DNA of 64,000 nucleotides from Nemertoderma westbladi (Eukaryota; Animalia; Xenacoelomorpha): the NCBI GenBank assembly GCA_032718475.1, contig JAUCBJ010000109.1, forward strand, positions 1 through 64,000, in the 5' to 3' direction. Shown here piece after piece: positions 40,001-53,694 of the stretch. Within the stretch, counting starts at the first letter, position 1. Each line of letters starts with the position of its first letter. The translations under genes and the position numbers were made by a program. Under the pieces are notes generated by a model. That model ran no database searches. It was not told where the DNA came from and saw only the letters and a list, made by a program, of their open reading frames with translations.

Positions 40001-43000
40001 CCTTACTACAGTAGTACTCCATCAACACCTATGTACTTATGTAGATGTGGTGGCTTACCTTACTACAGTAGTACTCCATCAACAGCTATGTAGATGTGGT
40101 GATTTACCTTACTACAGTAGTAATCCATCTAACAGCTATATAGATGTGGTGGCTTACCTTACTACAGTAGTACTCCATCACCAACTATGTAGATGTGGTG
40201 GTTTACCTTACTACAGTAGTACTCCATCAACAGCTATGTAGATGTGGTGGCTTACCTTACTACAGTAGTACTCCATCAACAGCTATGTAGATGTGGTGGT
40301 TTACATTACTACAGTAGTACTCCATCAACAGCTATGTAGATGTGGTGACTTACCTTACTACAGTAGTACTCCATCAACAGCTATGTAGATGTGGTGACTT
40401 ACCTTACTACAGTAGTACTCTATCAACAGCTATGTAGATGTGGTGGCTTACCTTACTACAGTAGTACTCCATCAACAACTATGTACTTATGTAGATGTGG
40501 TGGCTTACCTTACTACAGTAGTACTCCATCAACAGCTATGTAGATGTGGTGATTTACCTTACTACAGTAGTACTCCATCTAACAGCTCTATAGATGTGGT
40601 GGCTTACCTTACTACAGTAGTACTCCATCACCAACTATGTAGACGTGGTGGCTTACCTTACTACAGTAGTACTCCATCAACAGCTATGTAGATGTGGTGG
40701 CTTACCTTACTACAGTAGTACTCCATCAACAGCTATGTAGATGTGGTGGTTTACATTACTACAGTAGTACTCCATCAACAGCTATGTAGATGTGGTGGTT
40801 TACCTGACTACAGTAGTACTCCATCACCAGCTATGTAGACGTGGTGGTTTACCTTACTACAGTAGTACTCCATCAACAGCTATGTATAGATGTGGTGACT
40901 TGCCTTACTACAGTAGTACTCCATCTACAGCTATATGTAGATGTGGTGGTTTACCTTACTACAGTTAGTAGTACTCCACCTACAGCTATATGTAGATGTG
41001 GTGGCTTATCTTACTACAGTAGTACTCCATCAACAGCTATGTAGATGTGGTGGTTTACCTTACTACAGTAGTACTCCATCTACAGCTATATGTAGATGTG
41101 GTGGTTTACCTTACTACAGTAGTACTCCATCAACAGCTATGTAGATGTGGTGACTTACCTTACTACAGTAGTACTCCATCAACAGCTATGTAGATGTGGT
41201 GGCTTACCTTACTACAGTAGTACTCCATCAACAGCTATGTAGATGTGGTGACTTACCTTACTACAGTAGTACTCCATCAACAGCTATGTAGATGTGGTGG
41301 TTTACCTTACTACAGTAGTACTCCATCAACAGCTATGTAGATGTGGTGGTTTACCTTACTACAGTAGTACTCCATCAACAGCTATGTAGATGTGGTGGTT
41401 TACCTTACTACAGTAGTACTCCATCAACAGCTATGTAGATGTGGTGGTTTACCTTACTACAGTAGTACTCCATCTACAGCTATGTAGATGTGGTGACTTA
41501 CCTTACTACAGTAGTACTCCATCAACAGCTATGTAGATGTGGTGGTTTACCTTACTACAGTAGTACTCCATCAACAGCTATGTAGATGTGGTGGTTTACC
41601 TTACTACAGTAGTACTCCATCAACAGCTATGTAGATGTGGTGGTTTACCTGACTACAGTAGTACTCCATCACCAGCTATGTAGACGTGGTGGTTTACCTT
41701 ACTACAGTAGTACGCCATCAACAGCTATGTATAGATATGGTGACTTGCCTTACTACAGTAGTACTCCATCTACAGCTATATTTAGATGTGGTGGTTTACC
41801 TTACTACAGTAGTACTCCATCACCAGCTATGTAGACGTGGTGGTTTACCTTACTACAGTAGTACTCCATCAACAGCTATGTATAGATATGGTGACTTGCC
41901 TTACTACAGTAGTACTCCATCTACAGCTATATGTAGATGTGGTGGTTTACCTTACTACAGTAGTACTCCATCACCAGCTATGTAGACGTGGTGGTTTACC
42001 TTACTACAGTAGTACTCCATCAACAGCTATGTATAGATGTGGTGACTTGCCTTACTACAGTAGTACTCCATCTACAGCTATGTAGATGTGGTGGTTTACC
42101 TTACTACAGTAGTACTCCATCAACAGCTATGTATAGATGTGGTGACTTGCCTTACTACAGTAGTACTCCATCTACAGCTATGTAGATGTGGTGGTTTACC
42201 TTACTACAGTTAGTAGTACTCCACCTACAGCTATATGTAGATGTGGTGGCTTATCTTACTACAGTAGTACTCCATAAACAGCTATGTAGATGTGGTGGTT
42301 TACCTTACTACAGTAGTACTCCATCTACAGCTATATGTAGATGTGGTGGTTTACCTTACTACAGTAGTACTCCATCAACAGCTATGTAGATGTGGTGACT
42401 TACCTTACTACAGTAGTACTCCATCAACAGCTATGTAGATGTGGTGGCTTACCTTACTACAGTAGTACTCCATCAACAGCTATGTAGATGTGGTGACTTA
42501 CCTTACTACAGTAGTACTCCATCAACAGCTATGTAGATGTGGTGGTTTACCTTACTACAGTAGTACTCCATCAACAGCTATGTAGATGTGGTGGTTTACC
42601 TTACTACAGTAGTACTCCATCAACAGCTATGTAGATGTGGTGGTTTACCTTACTACAGTAGTACTCCATCAACAGCTATGTAGATGTGGTGGTTTACCTT
42701 ACTACAGTAGTACTCCATCTACAGCTATGTAGATGTGGTGACTTACCTTACTACAGTAGTACTCCATCAACAGCTATGTAGATGTGGTGGTTTACCTTAC
42801 TACAGTAGTACTCCATCAACAGCTATGTAGATGTGGTGACTTACCTTACTACAGTAGTACTCCATCAACAGCTATGTAGATGTGGTGGTTTACCTTACTA
42901 CAGTAGTACTCCATCTACAGCTATATGTAGATGTGGTGGCTTACCTTACTACAGTAGTACTCCATCAACAGCTATGTAGATGTGGTGGCTTACCTTACTA

Positions 43001-46000
43001 CAGTAGTACTCCATCTACAGCTATATGTAGATGTGGCGGATTACCTTGCTACAGTAGTACTCCATCTACAGCTATATGTAGATGTGGTGGTTTACCTTAC
43101 TACAGTAGTACTCCATCTACAGCTATATGTAGATGTGGTGGTTTACCTTACTACAGTAGTACTCCATCTACAGCTATATGTAGATGTGGTGGTTTACCTT
43201 ACTACAGTAGTACTCCATCAACAGCTATGTAGATGTGGTGACTTGACTTACTACAGTATTACTCTATCTACAGCTATATGTAGATGTGGTGGTTTACCCT
43301 ACTACAGTAGTACTCCATCAACAGCTATGTAGATGTGGTGACTTACCTTACTACAGTAGTACTCCATCAACAGCTATGTAGATGTGGTGACTTACCTTAC
43401 TACAGTAGTACTCCATCAACAGCTATGTAGATGTGGTGGTTTACCTTACTACAGTAGTACTCCATCAACAGCTATGTAGATGTGGTGGTTTACCTTACTA
43501 CAGTAGTACTCCATCTACAGCTATATGTAGATGTGGTGGTTTACCTTTCTACAGTAGTACTCCATCAACAGCTATGTAGATGTGGTGGTTTACCTTACTA
43601 CAGTAGTACTCCATCTACAGCTATATGTAGATGTGGTGGTTTACCTTACTACAGTAGTACTCCATCAACAGCTATGTAGATGTGGTGACTTGACTTACTA
43701 CAGTAGTACTCCATCAACAGCTATGTAGATGTGGTGGTTTACCTTACTACAGTAGTACTCCATCTACAGCTATATGTAGATGTGGTGGTTTACCTTACTA
43801 CAGTAGTACTCCATCAACAGCTAGTAGATGTGGTGACTTGACTTACTACAGTAGTACTCCATCAACAGCTATATGTAGATGTGGTGGTTTACCCTACTAC
43901 AGTAGTACTCCATCAACAGCTATGTAGATGTGGTGACTTACCGTACTACAGTAGTACTCCATCAACAGCTATGTAGATGTGGTGCCTTACCTTACTACAG
44001 TAGTACTCCATCAACAGCTATGTAGATGTGGTGACTTACCTTACTACAGTAGTACTCCATCACCAGCTATGTAGATGTTGTGACTTACCTTACTACAGTA
44101 GTACTCCATCAACAGCTATGTAGATGTGGTGACTTACCTTACTACAGTAGTACTCCATCAACAGCTATGTAGATGTGGTGGTTTACCTTACTACAGTAGT
44201 ACTCCATCAACAGCTATGTAGATGTGGTGGTTTACCTTACTACAGTAGTACTCCATCACCAGCTATGTAGATGTGGTGACTTACCTTACTACAGTAGTAC
44301 TCCATCAACAGCTATGTAGATGTGGTGGTTTACCTTACTACAGTAGTACTCCATCAACAGCTATGTAGATGTGGTGGTTTACCTTACTACAGTAGTACTC
44401 CATCTACAGCTATGTAGATGTGGTGACTTACCTTACTACAGTAGTACTCCATCAACAGCTATGTAGATGTGGTGGTTTACCTTACTACAGTAGTACTCCA
44501 TCAACAGCTATGTAGATGTGGTGGTTTACCTTACTACAGTAGTACTCCATCAACAGCTATGTAGATGTGGTGGTTTACCTTACTACAGTAGTACTCCATC
44601 TACAGCTATATGTAGATGTGGTGGTTTACCTTACTACAGTAGTACTCCATCAACAGCTATGTAGATGTGGTGACTTGACTTACTACAGTATTACTCCATC
44701 TACAGCTATATGTAGATGTGGTGGTTTACCCTACTACAGTAGTACTCCATCAACAGCTATGTAGATGTGGTGGTTTACCTTACTACAGTAGTACTCCATC
44801 AACAGCTATGTAGATGTGGTGACTTACCTTACTACAGTAGTACTCCATCAACAGCTATGTAGATGTGGTGGTTTACCTTACTACAGTAGTACTCCATCAA
44901 CAGCTATGTAGATGTGGTGACTTACCTTACTACAGTAGTACTCCATCAACAGCTATGTAGATCTGGTGGTTTACCTTACTACAGTAGTACTCCATCAACA
45001 GCTATGTAGATGTGGTGGTTTACCTTACTACAGTAGTACTCCATCAACAGCTATGTAGATGTGGTGGTTTACCTTACTACAGTAGTACTCCATCTACAGC
45101 TATATGTAGATGTGGTGGTTTACCTTACTACAGTAGTACTCCATCAACAGCTATGTAGATGTGGTGGTTTACCTTACTACAGTAGTACTCCATCTACAGC
45201 TATATGTAGATGTGGTGGTTTACCTTACTACAGTAGTACTCCATCAACAGCTATGTAGATGTGGTGACTTGACTTACTACAGTAGTACTCCATCAACAGC
45301 TATGTAGATGTAGTGGTTTACCTTACTACAGTAGTACTCCATCTACAGCTATATGTAGATGTGGTGGGTTACCTTACTACAGTAGTACTCCATCTACAGC
45401 TATATGTAGATGTGGTGGTTTACCTTACTACAGTAGTACTCCATCAACAGCTATGTAGATGTGGTGACTTGACTTACTACAGTAGTACTCCATCAACAGC
45501 TATGTAGATGTGGTGACTTACCTCACTACAGTAGTACTCCATCAACAGCTATGTAGATGTGGTGGTTTACCTTACTACAGTAGTACTCCATCAACAGCTA
45601 TGTAGATGTGGTGACTTACCTTACTACAGTAGTACTCCATCAACAGCTATGTAGATGTGGTGGTTTACCTTACTACAGTAGTACTCCATCTACAGCTATA
45701 TGTAGATGTGGTGGCTTACCTTACTACAGTAGTACTCCATCAACAGCTATGTAGATGTGGTGGCTTACCTTACTACAGTAGTACTCCATCTACAGCTATA
45801 TGTAGATGTGGCGGATTACCTTACTACAGTAGTACTCCATCTACAGCTATATGTAGATGTGGTGGTTTACCTTACTACAGTAGTACTCCATCTACAGCTA
45901 TATGTAGATGTGGTGGGTTACCTTACTACAGTAGTACTCCATCTACAGCTATATGTAGATGTGGTGGTTTACCTTACTACAGTAGTACTCCATCAACAGC

Positions 46001-49000
46001 TATGTAGATGTGGTGACTTGACTTACTACAGTATTACTCTATCTACAGCTATATGTAGATGTGGTGGTTTACCCTACTACAGTAGTATTCCATCAACAGC
46101 TATGTAGATGTGGTGACTTACCTTACTACAGTAGTACTCCATCAACAGCTATGTAGATGTGGTGCCTTACCTTACTACAGTAGTACTCCATCAACAGCTA
46201 TGTAGATGTGGTGACTTACCTTACTACAGTAGTACTCCATCAACAGCTATGTATATGTGGTGGTTTACCTTACTACAGTAGTACTCCATCACCAGCTATG
46301 TAGATGTGGTGACTTACCTTACTACAGTAGTACTCCATCAACAGCTATGTAGATGTGGTGGTTTACCTTACTACAGTAGTACTCCATCAACAGCTATGTA
46401 GATGTGGTGGTTTACCTTACTACAGTAGTACTCCATCTACAGCTATATGTAGATGTGGTGGTTTACCTTACTACAGTAGTACTCCATCAACAGCTATGTA
46501 GATGTGGTGGTTTACCTTACTACAGTAGTACTCCATCAACAGCTATGTAGATGTGGTGACTTGACTTACTACAGTAGTACTCCATCAACAGCTATGTAGA
46601 TGTGGTGGTTTACCTTACTACAGTAGTACTCCATCTACAGCTATATGTAGATGTGGTGGTTTACCTTACTACAGTAGTACTCCATCAACAGCTATGTAGA
46701 TGTGGTGGTTTACCTTACTACAGTAGTACTCCATCAACAGCTATGTAGATGTGGTGACTTACCTTACTACAGTAGTACTCCATCAACAGCTATGTAGATG
46801 TGGTGGTTTACCTTACTACAGTAGTACTCCATCAACAGCTATGTAGATGTGGTGGTTTACCTTACTACAGTAGTACTCCATCTACAGCTATATGTAGATG
46901 TGGTGGTTTACCTTACTACAGTAGTACTCCATCTACAGCTATATGTAGATGTGGTGGTTTACCTTACTACAGTAGTACTCCATCAACAGCTATGTAGATG
47001 TGGTGACTTGACTTACTACAGTAGTACTCCATCAACAGCTATGTAGATGTGGTGGTTTACCTTACTACAGTAGTACTCCATCTACAGCTATATGTAGATG
47101 TGGTGGTTTACCTTACTACAGTAGTACTCCATCAACAGCTATGTAGATGTGGTGACTTGACTTACTACAGTAGTACTCCATCAACAGCTATATGTAGATG
47201 TGGTGGTTTACCCTACTACAGTAGTACTCCATCAACAGCTATGTAGATGTGGTGACTTACCTTACTACAGTAGTACTCCATCAACAGCTATGTAAATGTG
47301 GTGCCTTACCTTACTACAGTAGTACTCCATCAGCATTCAGCAGCTATGTAGATGTGGTGACTTACCTTACTACAGTAGTACTCCATCAACAGCTATGTAG
47401 ATGTGGTGGTTTACCTTACTACAGTAGTACTCCATCACCAGCTATGTAGATGTGGTGACTTACCTTACTACAGTAGTACTCCATCAACAGCTATGTAGAT
47501 GTGGTGGTTTACCTTACTACAGTAGTACTCCATCAACAGCTATGTAGATGTGGTGGTTTACCTTACTACAGTAGTACTCCATCAACAGCTATGTAGATGT
47601 GGTGGTTTACCTTACTACAGTAGTACTCCATCTACAGCTATATGTAGATGTGGTGGTTTACCTTACTACAGTAGTACTCCATCAACAGCTATGTAGATGT
47701 GGTGACTTGACTTACTACAGTATTACTCCATCTACAGCTATATGTAGATGTGGTGGTTTACCTTACTACAGTAGTACTCCATCACCAGCTATGTAGATGT
47801 GGTGACTTACCTTACTACAGTAGTACTCCATCAACAGCTATGTAGATGTGGTGGTTTACCTTACTACAGTAGTACTCCATCAACAGCTATGTAGATGTGG
47901 TGGTTTACCTTACTACAGTAGTACTCCATCAACAGCTATGTAGATGTGGTGGTTTACCTTACTACAGTAGTACTCCATCTACAGCTATGTAGATGTGGTG
48001 GTTTACCTTACTACAGTAGTACTCCATCAACAGCTATGTAGATGTGGTGGTTTACCTTACTACAGTAGTACTCCATCAACAGCTATGTAGATGTGGTGGT
48101 TTACCTTACTACAGTAGTACTCCATCTACAGCTATATGTAGATGTGGTGGTTTACCTTACTACAGTAGTACTCCATCAACAGCTATGTAGATGTGGTGAC
48201 TTGACTTACTACAGTATTACTCCATCTACAGCTATATGTAGATGTGGTGGTTTACCTTACTACAGTAGTACTCCATCACCAGCTATGTAGATGTGGTGAC
48301 TTACCTTACTACAGTAGTACTCCATCAACAGCTATGTAGATGTGGTGGTTTACCTTACTACAGTAGTACTCCATCAACAGCTATGTAGATGTGGTGGTTT
48401 ACCTTACTACAGTAGTACTCCATCAACAGCTATGTAGATGTGGTGGTTTACCTTACTACAGTAGTACTCCATCTACAGCTATGTAGATGTGGTGGTTTAC
48501 CTTACTACAGTAGTACTCCATCAACAGCTATGTAGATGTGGTGGTTTACCTTACTACAGTAGTACTCCATCAACAGCTATGTAGATGTGGTGGTTTACCT
48601 TACTACAGTAGTACTCCATCTACAGCTATATGTAGATGTGGTGGTATACCTTACTACAGTAGTACTCCATCAACAGCTATGTAGATGTGGTGACTTGACT
48701 TACTACAGTATTACTCCATCTACAGCTATATGTAGATGTGGTGGTTTACCCTACTACAGTAGTACTCCATCAACAGCTATGTAGATGTGGTGGTTTACCT
48801 TACTACAGTAGTACTCCATCAACAGCTATGTAGATGTGGTGACTTACCTTACTACAGTAGTACTCCATCAACAGCTATGTAGATGTGGTGGTTTACCTTA
48901 CTACAGTAGTACTCCATCAACAGCTATGTAGATCTGGTGGTTTACCTTACTACAGTAGTACTCCATCAGTAGTACTCCATCTACAGCTATATGTAGATGT

Positions 49001-52000
49001 GGTGGCTTACCTTACTACAGTAGTACTCCGTCAACAACGTAGATGTGGTGGTTTACCTTACTACAGTAGTACTCCATCAACAGCTATGTAGATGTGGTGG
49101 TTTACCTTACTACAGTAGTACTCCATCACCAACAATGTAGACGTGGTGGTTTACCTTACTACAGTAGTACTCCATCAACAGCTATGTAGATGTGGTGACT
49201 TGCCTTACTACAGTAGTACTCCATCTACAGCTATATGTAGATGTGGTGGTTTACCCTACTACAGTAGTACTCCATCAACAGCTATGTAGATGTGGTGACT
49301 TACCTTACTACAGTAGTACTCCATCAACAGCTATGTAGATGTAGTGGTTTACCTTACTACAGTAGTACTCCATCTACAGCTATATGTAGATGTGGTGGTT
49401 TAACTTACTACAGTAGTACTCCATCAACAGCTATGAAGATGTGGTGACTTACCTCACTACAGTAGTACTCCATCAACAGCTATGTAGATGTGGTGGTTTA
49501 CCTTACTACAGTAGTACTCCATCAACAGCTATGTAGATGTAGTGGTTTACCTTACTACAGTAGTACTCCATCTACAGCTATATGTAGATGTGGTGGTTTA
49601 ACTTACTACAGTAGTACTCCATCAACAGCTATGTATGTGGTGGCTTACCTTACTACAGTAGTACTCCATCAACAGCTATGTAGATGTGGTGACTTACCTT
49701 ACTACAGTAGTACTTCCATCAACAGCTATGTAGATGTGGTGACTTACCTTACTACAGTAGTACTCCATCAACAGCTATGTAGATGTAGTGGTTTACCTTA
49801 CTACAGTAGTACTCCATCTACAGCTATATGTAGATGTGGTTAACTTACTACAGTAGTACTCCATCAACAGCTATGTAGATGTGGTGGCTTACCTTACTAC
49901 AGTAGTACTCCATCAACAGCTATGTAGATGTGGTGGCTTACCTTACTACAGTAGTACTCCATCAACAGCTATGTAGATGTGGTGACTTACCTTACTACAG
50001 TAGTACTTCCATCAACAGCTATGTAGATGTGGTGACTTACCTTACTACAGTAGTACTCCATCAACAGCTATGTAGATGTAGTGGTTTACCTTACTACAGT
50101 AGTACTCCATCTACAGCTATATGTAGATGTGGTTAACTTACTACAGTAGTACTCCATCAACAGCTATGAAGATGTGGTGACTTACCTCACTACAGTAGTA
50201 CTCCATCAACAGCTATGTATAGATGTGGTGACTTACCTTACTACAGTAGTACTCCATCAACAGCTATGAAGATGTGGTGACTTACCTCACTACAGTAGTA
50301 CTCCATCAACAGCTATGTATAGATGTGGTGACTTACCTTACTACAGTAGTACTCCATCAACAGCTATGTAGATGTGGTGGTTTACCTTACTACAGTAGTA
50401 CTCCATCAACAGCTATGTAGATGTGGTGGTTTACCTTACTACAGTAGTACTCCATCAACAGCTATGTAGATGTGGTGGTTTACCTTACTACAGTAGTACT
50501 CCATCTACAGCTATATGTAGATGTGGTGGTTTACCTTACTACAGTAGTACTCCATCAACAGCTATGTAGATGTGGTGACTTGACTTACTACAGTATTACT
50601 CCATCTACAGCTATATGTAGATGTGGTGGTTTACCTTACTACAGTAGTACTCCATCACCAGCTATGTAGATGTGGTGACTTACCTTACTACAGTAGTACT
50701 CCATCAACAGCTATGTAGATGTGGTGGTTTACCTTACTACAGTAGTACTCCATCAACAGCTATGTAGATGTGGTGGTTTACCTTACTACAGTAGTACTCC
50801 ATCAACAGCTATGTAGATGTGGTGGTTTACCTTACTACAGTAGTACTCCATCTACAGCTATGTAGATGTGGTGGTTTACCTTACTACAGTAGTACTCCAT
50901 CAACAGCTATGTAGATGTGGTGGTTTACCTTACTACAGTAGTACTCCATCAACAGCTATGTAGATGTGGTGGTTTACCTTACTACAGTAGTACTCCATCT
51001 ACAGCTATATGTAGATGTGGTGGTTTACCTTACTACAGTAGTACTCCATCAACAGCTATGTAGATGTGGTGACTTGACTTACTACAGTATTACTCCATCT
51101 ACAGCTATATGTAGATGTGGTGGTTTACCTTACTACAGTAGTACTCCATCACCAGCTATGTAGATGTGGTGACTTACCTTACTACAGTAGTACTCCATCA
51201 ACAGCTATGTAGATGTGGTGGTTTACCTTACTACAGTAGTACTCCATCAACAGCTATGTAGATGTGGTGGTTTACCTTACTACAGTAGTACTCCATCAAC
51301 AGCTATGTAGATGTGGTGGTTTACCTTACTACAGTAGTACTCCATCTACAGCTATGTAGATGTGGTGGTTTACCTTACTACAGTAGTACTCCATCAACAG
51401 CTATGTAGATGTGGTGGTTTACCTTACTACAGTAGTACTCCATCAACAGCTATGTAGATGTGGTGGTTTACCTTACTACAGTAGTACTCCATCTACAGCT
51501 ATATGTAGATGTGGTGGTATACCTTACTACAGTAGTACTCCATCAACAGCTATGTAGATGTGGTGGTTTACCTTACTACAGTAGTACTTCCATCAACAGC
51601 TATGTAGATGTGGTGACTTACCTTACTACAGTAGTACTCCATCAACAGCTATGTAGATGTAGTGGTTTACCTTACTACAGTAGTACTCCATCTACAGCTA
51701 TATGTAGATGTGGTTAACTTACTACAGTAGTACTCCATCAACAGCTATGTAGATGTGGTGGCTTACCTTACTACAGTAGTACTCCATCAACAGCTATGTA
51801 GATGTGGTGGCTTACCTTACTACAGTAGTACTCCATCAACAGCTATGTAGATGTGGTGACTTACCTTACTACAGTAGTACTTCCATCAACAGCTATGTAG
51901 ATGTGGTGACTTACCTTACTACAGTAGTACTCCATCAACAGCTATGTAGATGTAGTGGTTTACCTTACTACAGTAGTACTCCATCTACAGCTATATGTAG

Positions 52001-52407
52001 ATGTGGTTAACTTACTACAGTAGTACTCCATCAACAGCTATGAAGATGTGGTGGCTTACCTTACTACATTAGTACTCCATCAACAGCTATGTAGATGTGG
52101 TGACTTACCTTACTACAGTAGTACTCCATCAACAGCTATGTAGATGTGGTGGCTTACCTTACTACATTAGTACTCCATCAACAGCTATGTAGATGTGGTG
52201 GTTTACCTTACTACAGTAGTACTCCATCTACAGCTATATGTAGATGTGGTGGTTTAACTTACTACAGTAGTACTCCATCAACAGCTATGAAGATGTGGTG
52301 ACTTACTTTACTACAGTAGTACTCCATCAACAGCTATGTAGATGTGGTGGCTTACCTTACTACAGTTGTAGTACTCCATCAACAGCTATGTAGATGTGGT
52401 GACTTAC
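25088..52407 (-). repeat. Satellite 3, main block (27.3 kb, about 550 units of 49-51 bp) derived from the CstF-77 exon end and its donor site
   Basis: Minus-strand unit GTAAGT-CACCACATCTACATA-GCTG-TTGATGGAGTACTACTGTAGTAAG, compared with exon CACCACATCTACATA-GCCGCGGCT-TTGATGGAGTACTACTGTAGTAAG|GTAAGT. Confidence 0.98.
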
Positions 52408-52551
52408 CTTACTACAGTAGTACTCCATCAAAGCCGCGGCTATGTAGATGTGGTGGCCGCAACGCAAATCATCTCTTGCCTTTTTGAACACAACGCGGGC
52501 CGATTTTATTCCTTCCGCCCTCCTGGCGAATCTCATGTACTGCACGTAGGC
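52408..52551 (-). CDS. CSTF3: CstF-77 exon ([48 protein letters not shown])
   Basis: Acceptor ttatcttag|GCC, donor AAG|gtaagt, 48 codons. Strongly resembles CSTF3 [28 protein letters not shown]...[16 protein letters not shown] (HAT repeats). Confidence 0.97.
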
Positions 52552-52675
52552 CTAAGATAATAAATAGCGAATGCGAGCATATTCTAAACAGTAGAGTTTA
52601 GGTTTTCGGATACATAAAATGTATCCATTAAATGGATACAAAAGTGTATGTGGATACAAAAGTGTATGTGGATAC

Positions 52676-53694
52676 TAGAGTTAAAACAGAGACCTGTTTT
52701 TCTTAATCCTGGTGAACCAGAGCCCTACCTGGAGAATTATTTTGAAAAATACCGGAGACCAGAGCCAGAGATCAGAGACTTGGCTTATTTTTCTACTTAC
52801 AATTTGATTACTCCCCTATAGCACAAACAGGTATACATACGGCCTTAACTATTTTTCTATGGTTCAATTACAGTAAAGTAAATCCAACCCATTTCAACTC
52901 TTACCCATTGTAAGAAAATAAGCGCACGTACAGTTTGGGAGGCTTAATTAATATTAATTTGGTTATTTGTTTATTAATTCGTTCTTATTTTGTTATTGTT
53001 AGTATAATATGTTACATAAATTTGTTTTGCGCCATAGGTACCGGTACTTTGTTTATTAAAGGCAATTATTTTACAATTGTTCAAATCATATACATTTCAA
53101 TACTGTATACTCTAAATTTAGTCATTTACGAATACTTAGTGCACAGGTATAGTACTCTACTCGCCCCATTTACAAGCCTCGTTATGCTCGTTCTCTCCAT
53201 TTGGTCGTCATAGTATCTATCCTATAACAAATTGAATGGAGATCAGCCCTTTCACTTTCAAACATTATAAGTGCTCAAATTAAGCGCCCTTATCCTTAAA
53301 TAAGAATCATCTTTAGGTGCTAATTTAACTTAAAATTAAACGAAACTTAAATGAATTAAATAGAAGATTATTGGTACATTTATTAGAAATAGAAATAGTG
53401 TAAAAGTGAGTATATAATTGTGTTGATTCAACACAATTATATATATTCACTTGAAGCAGTGTATGTAAAATAGTTAAAAATTAAAGAATTAATTGTGAAA
53501 AATAATCTTCATTTCACATTTTGTGTTGTACAGGATCTATTTTTAAATATCTATTTCTAATTTATCAAATCACTGATCTCTGGGTAAAATGTCTGTTTTC
53601 AATACCCGGGAACCAGAGACCTATCCGGAGACCGAAAAATAGCCCGGAGAATCCAGAGATCAGAGAACAGTGACAAGTATCTGTTTCAACTCTA
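52676..53694. mobile_element. 1019-bp hAT-like MITE
   Basis: Imperfect 22-bp TIR (TAGAGTTAAAACAGAGACCTGT vs TAGAGTTGAAACAGATACTTGT). 8-bp TSD GTGGATAC at 52668-52675 and 53695-53702. Subterminal CCAGAG/CCGGAGA motifs at both ends. Confidence 0.88.

Larger units (their letters stand above)
10206..52407 (-). other. CSTF3: 42,202-bp GT-AG intron of CstF-77 filled with exon-derived satellite and transposons
   Basis: The flanking exons join as ...MEYYCSK|DPQITFK..., collinear with CSTF3. Confidence 0.88.

Noticed and set aside
25088-52407. CRISPR-like array, or the many 60-117 aa ORFs ([14 protein letters not shown]...)
   Set aside because: There are no unique spacers and no cas genes, and the context is a eukaryotic intron. 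The ORFs are translations of the antisense strand of the satellite.
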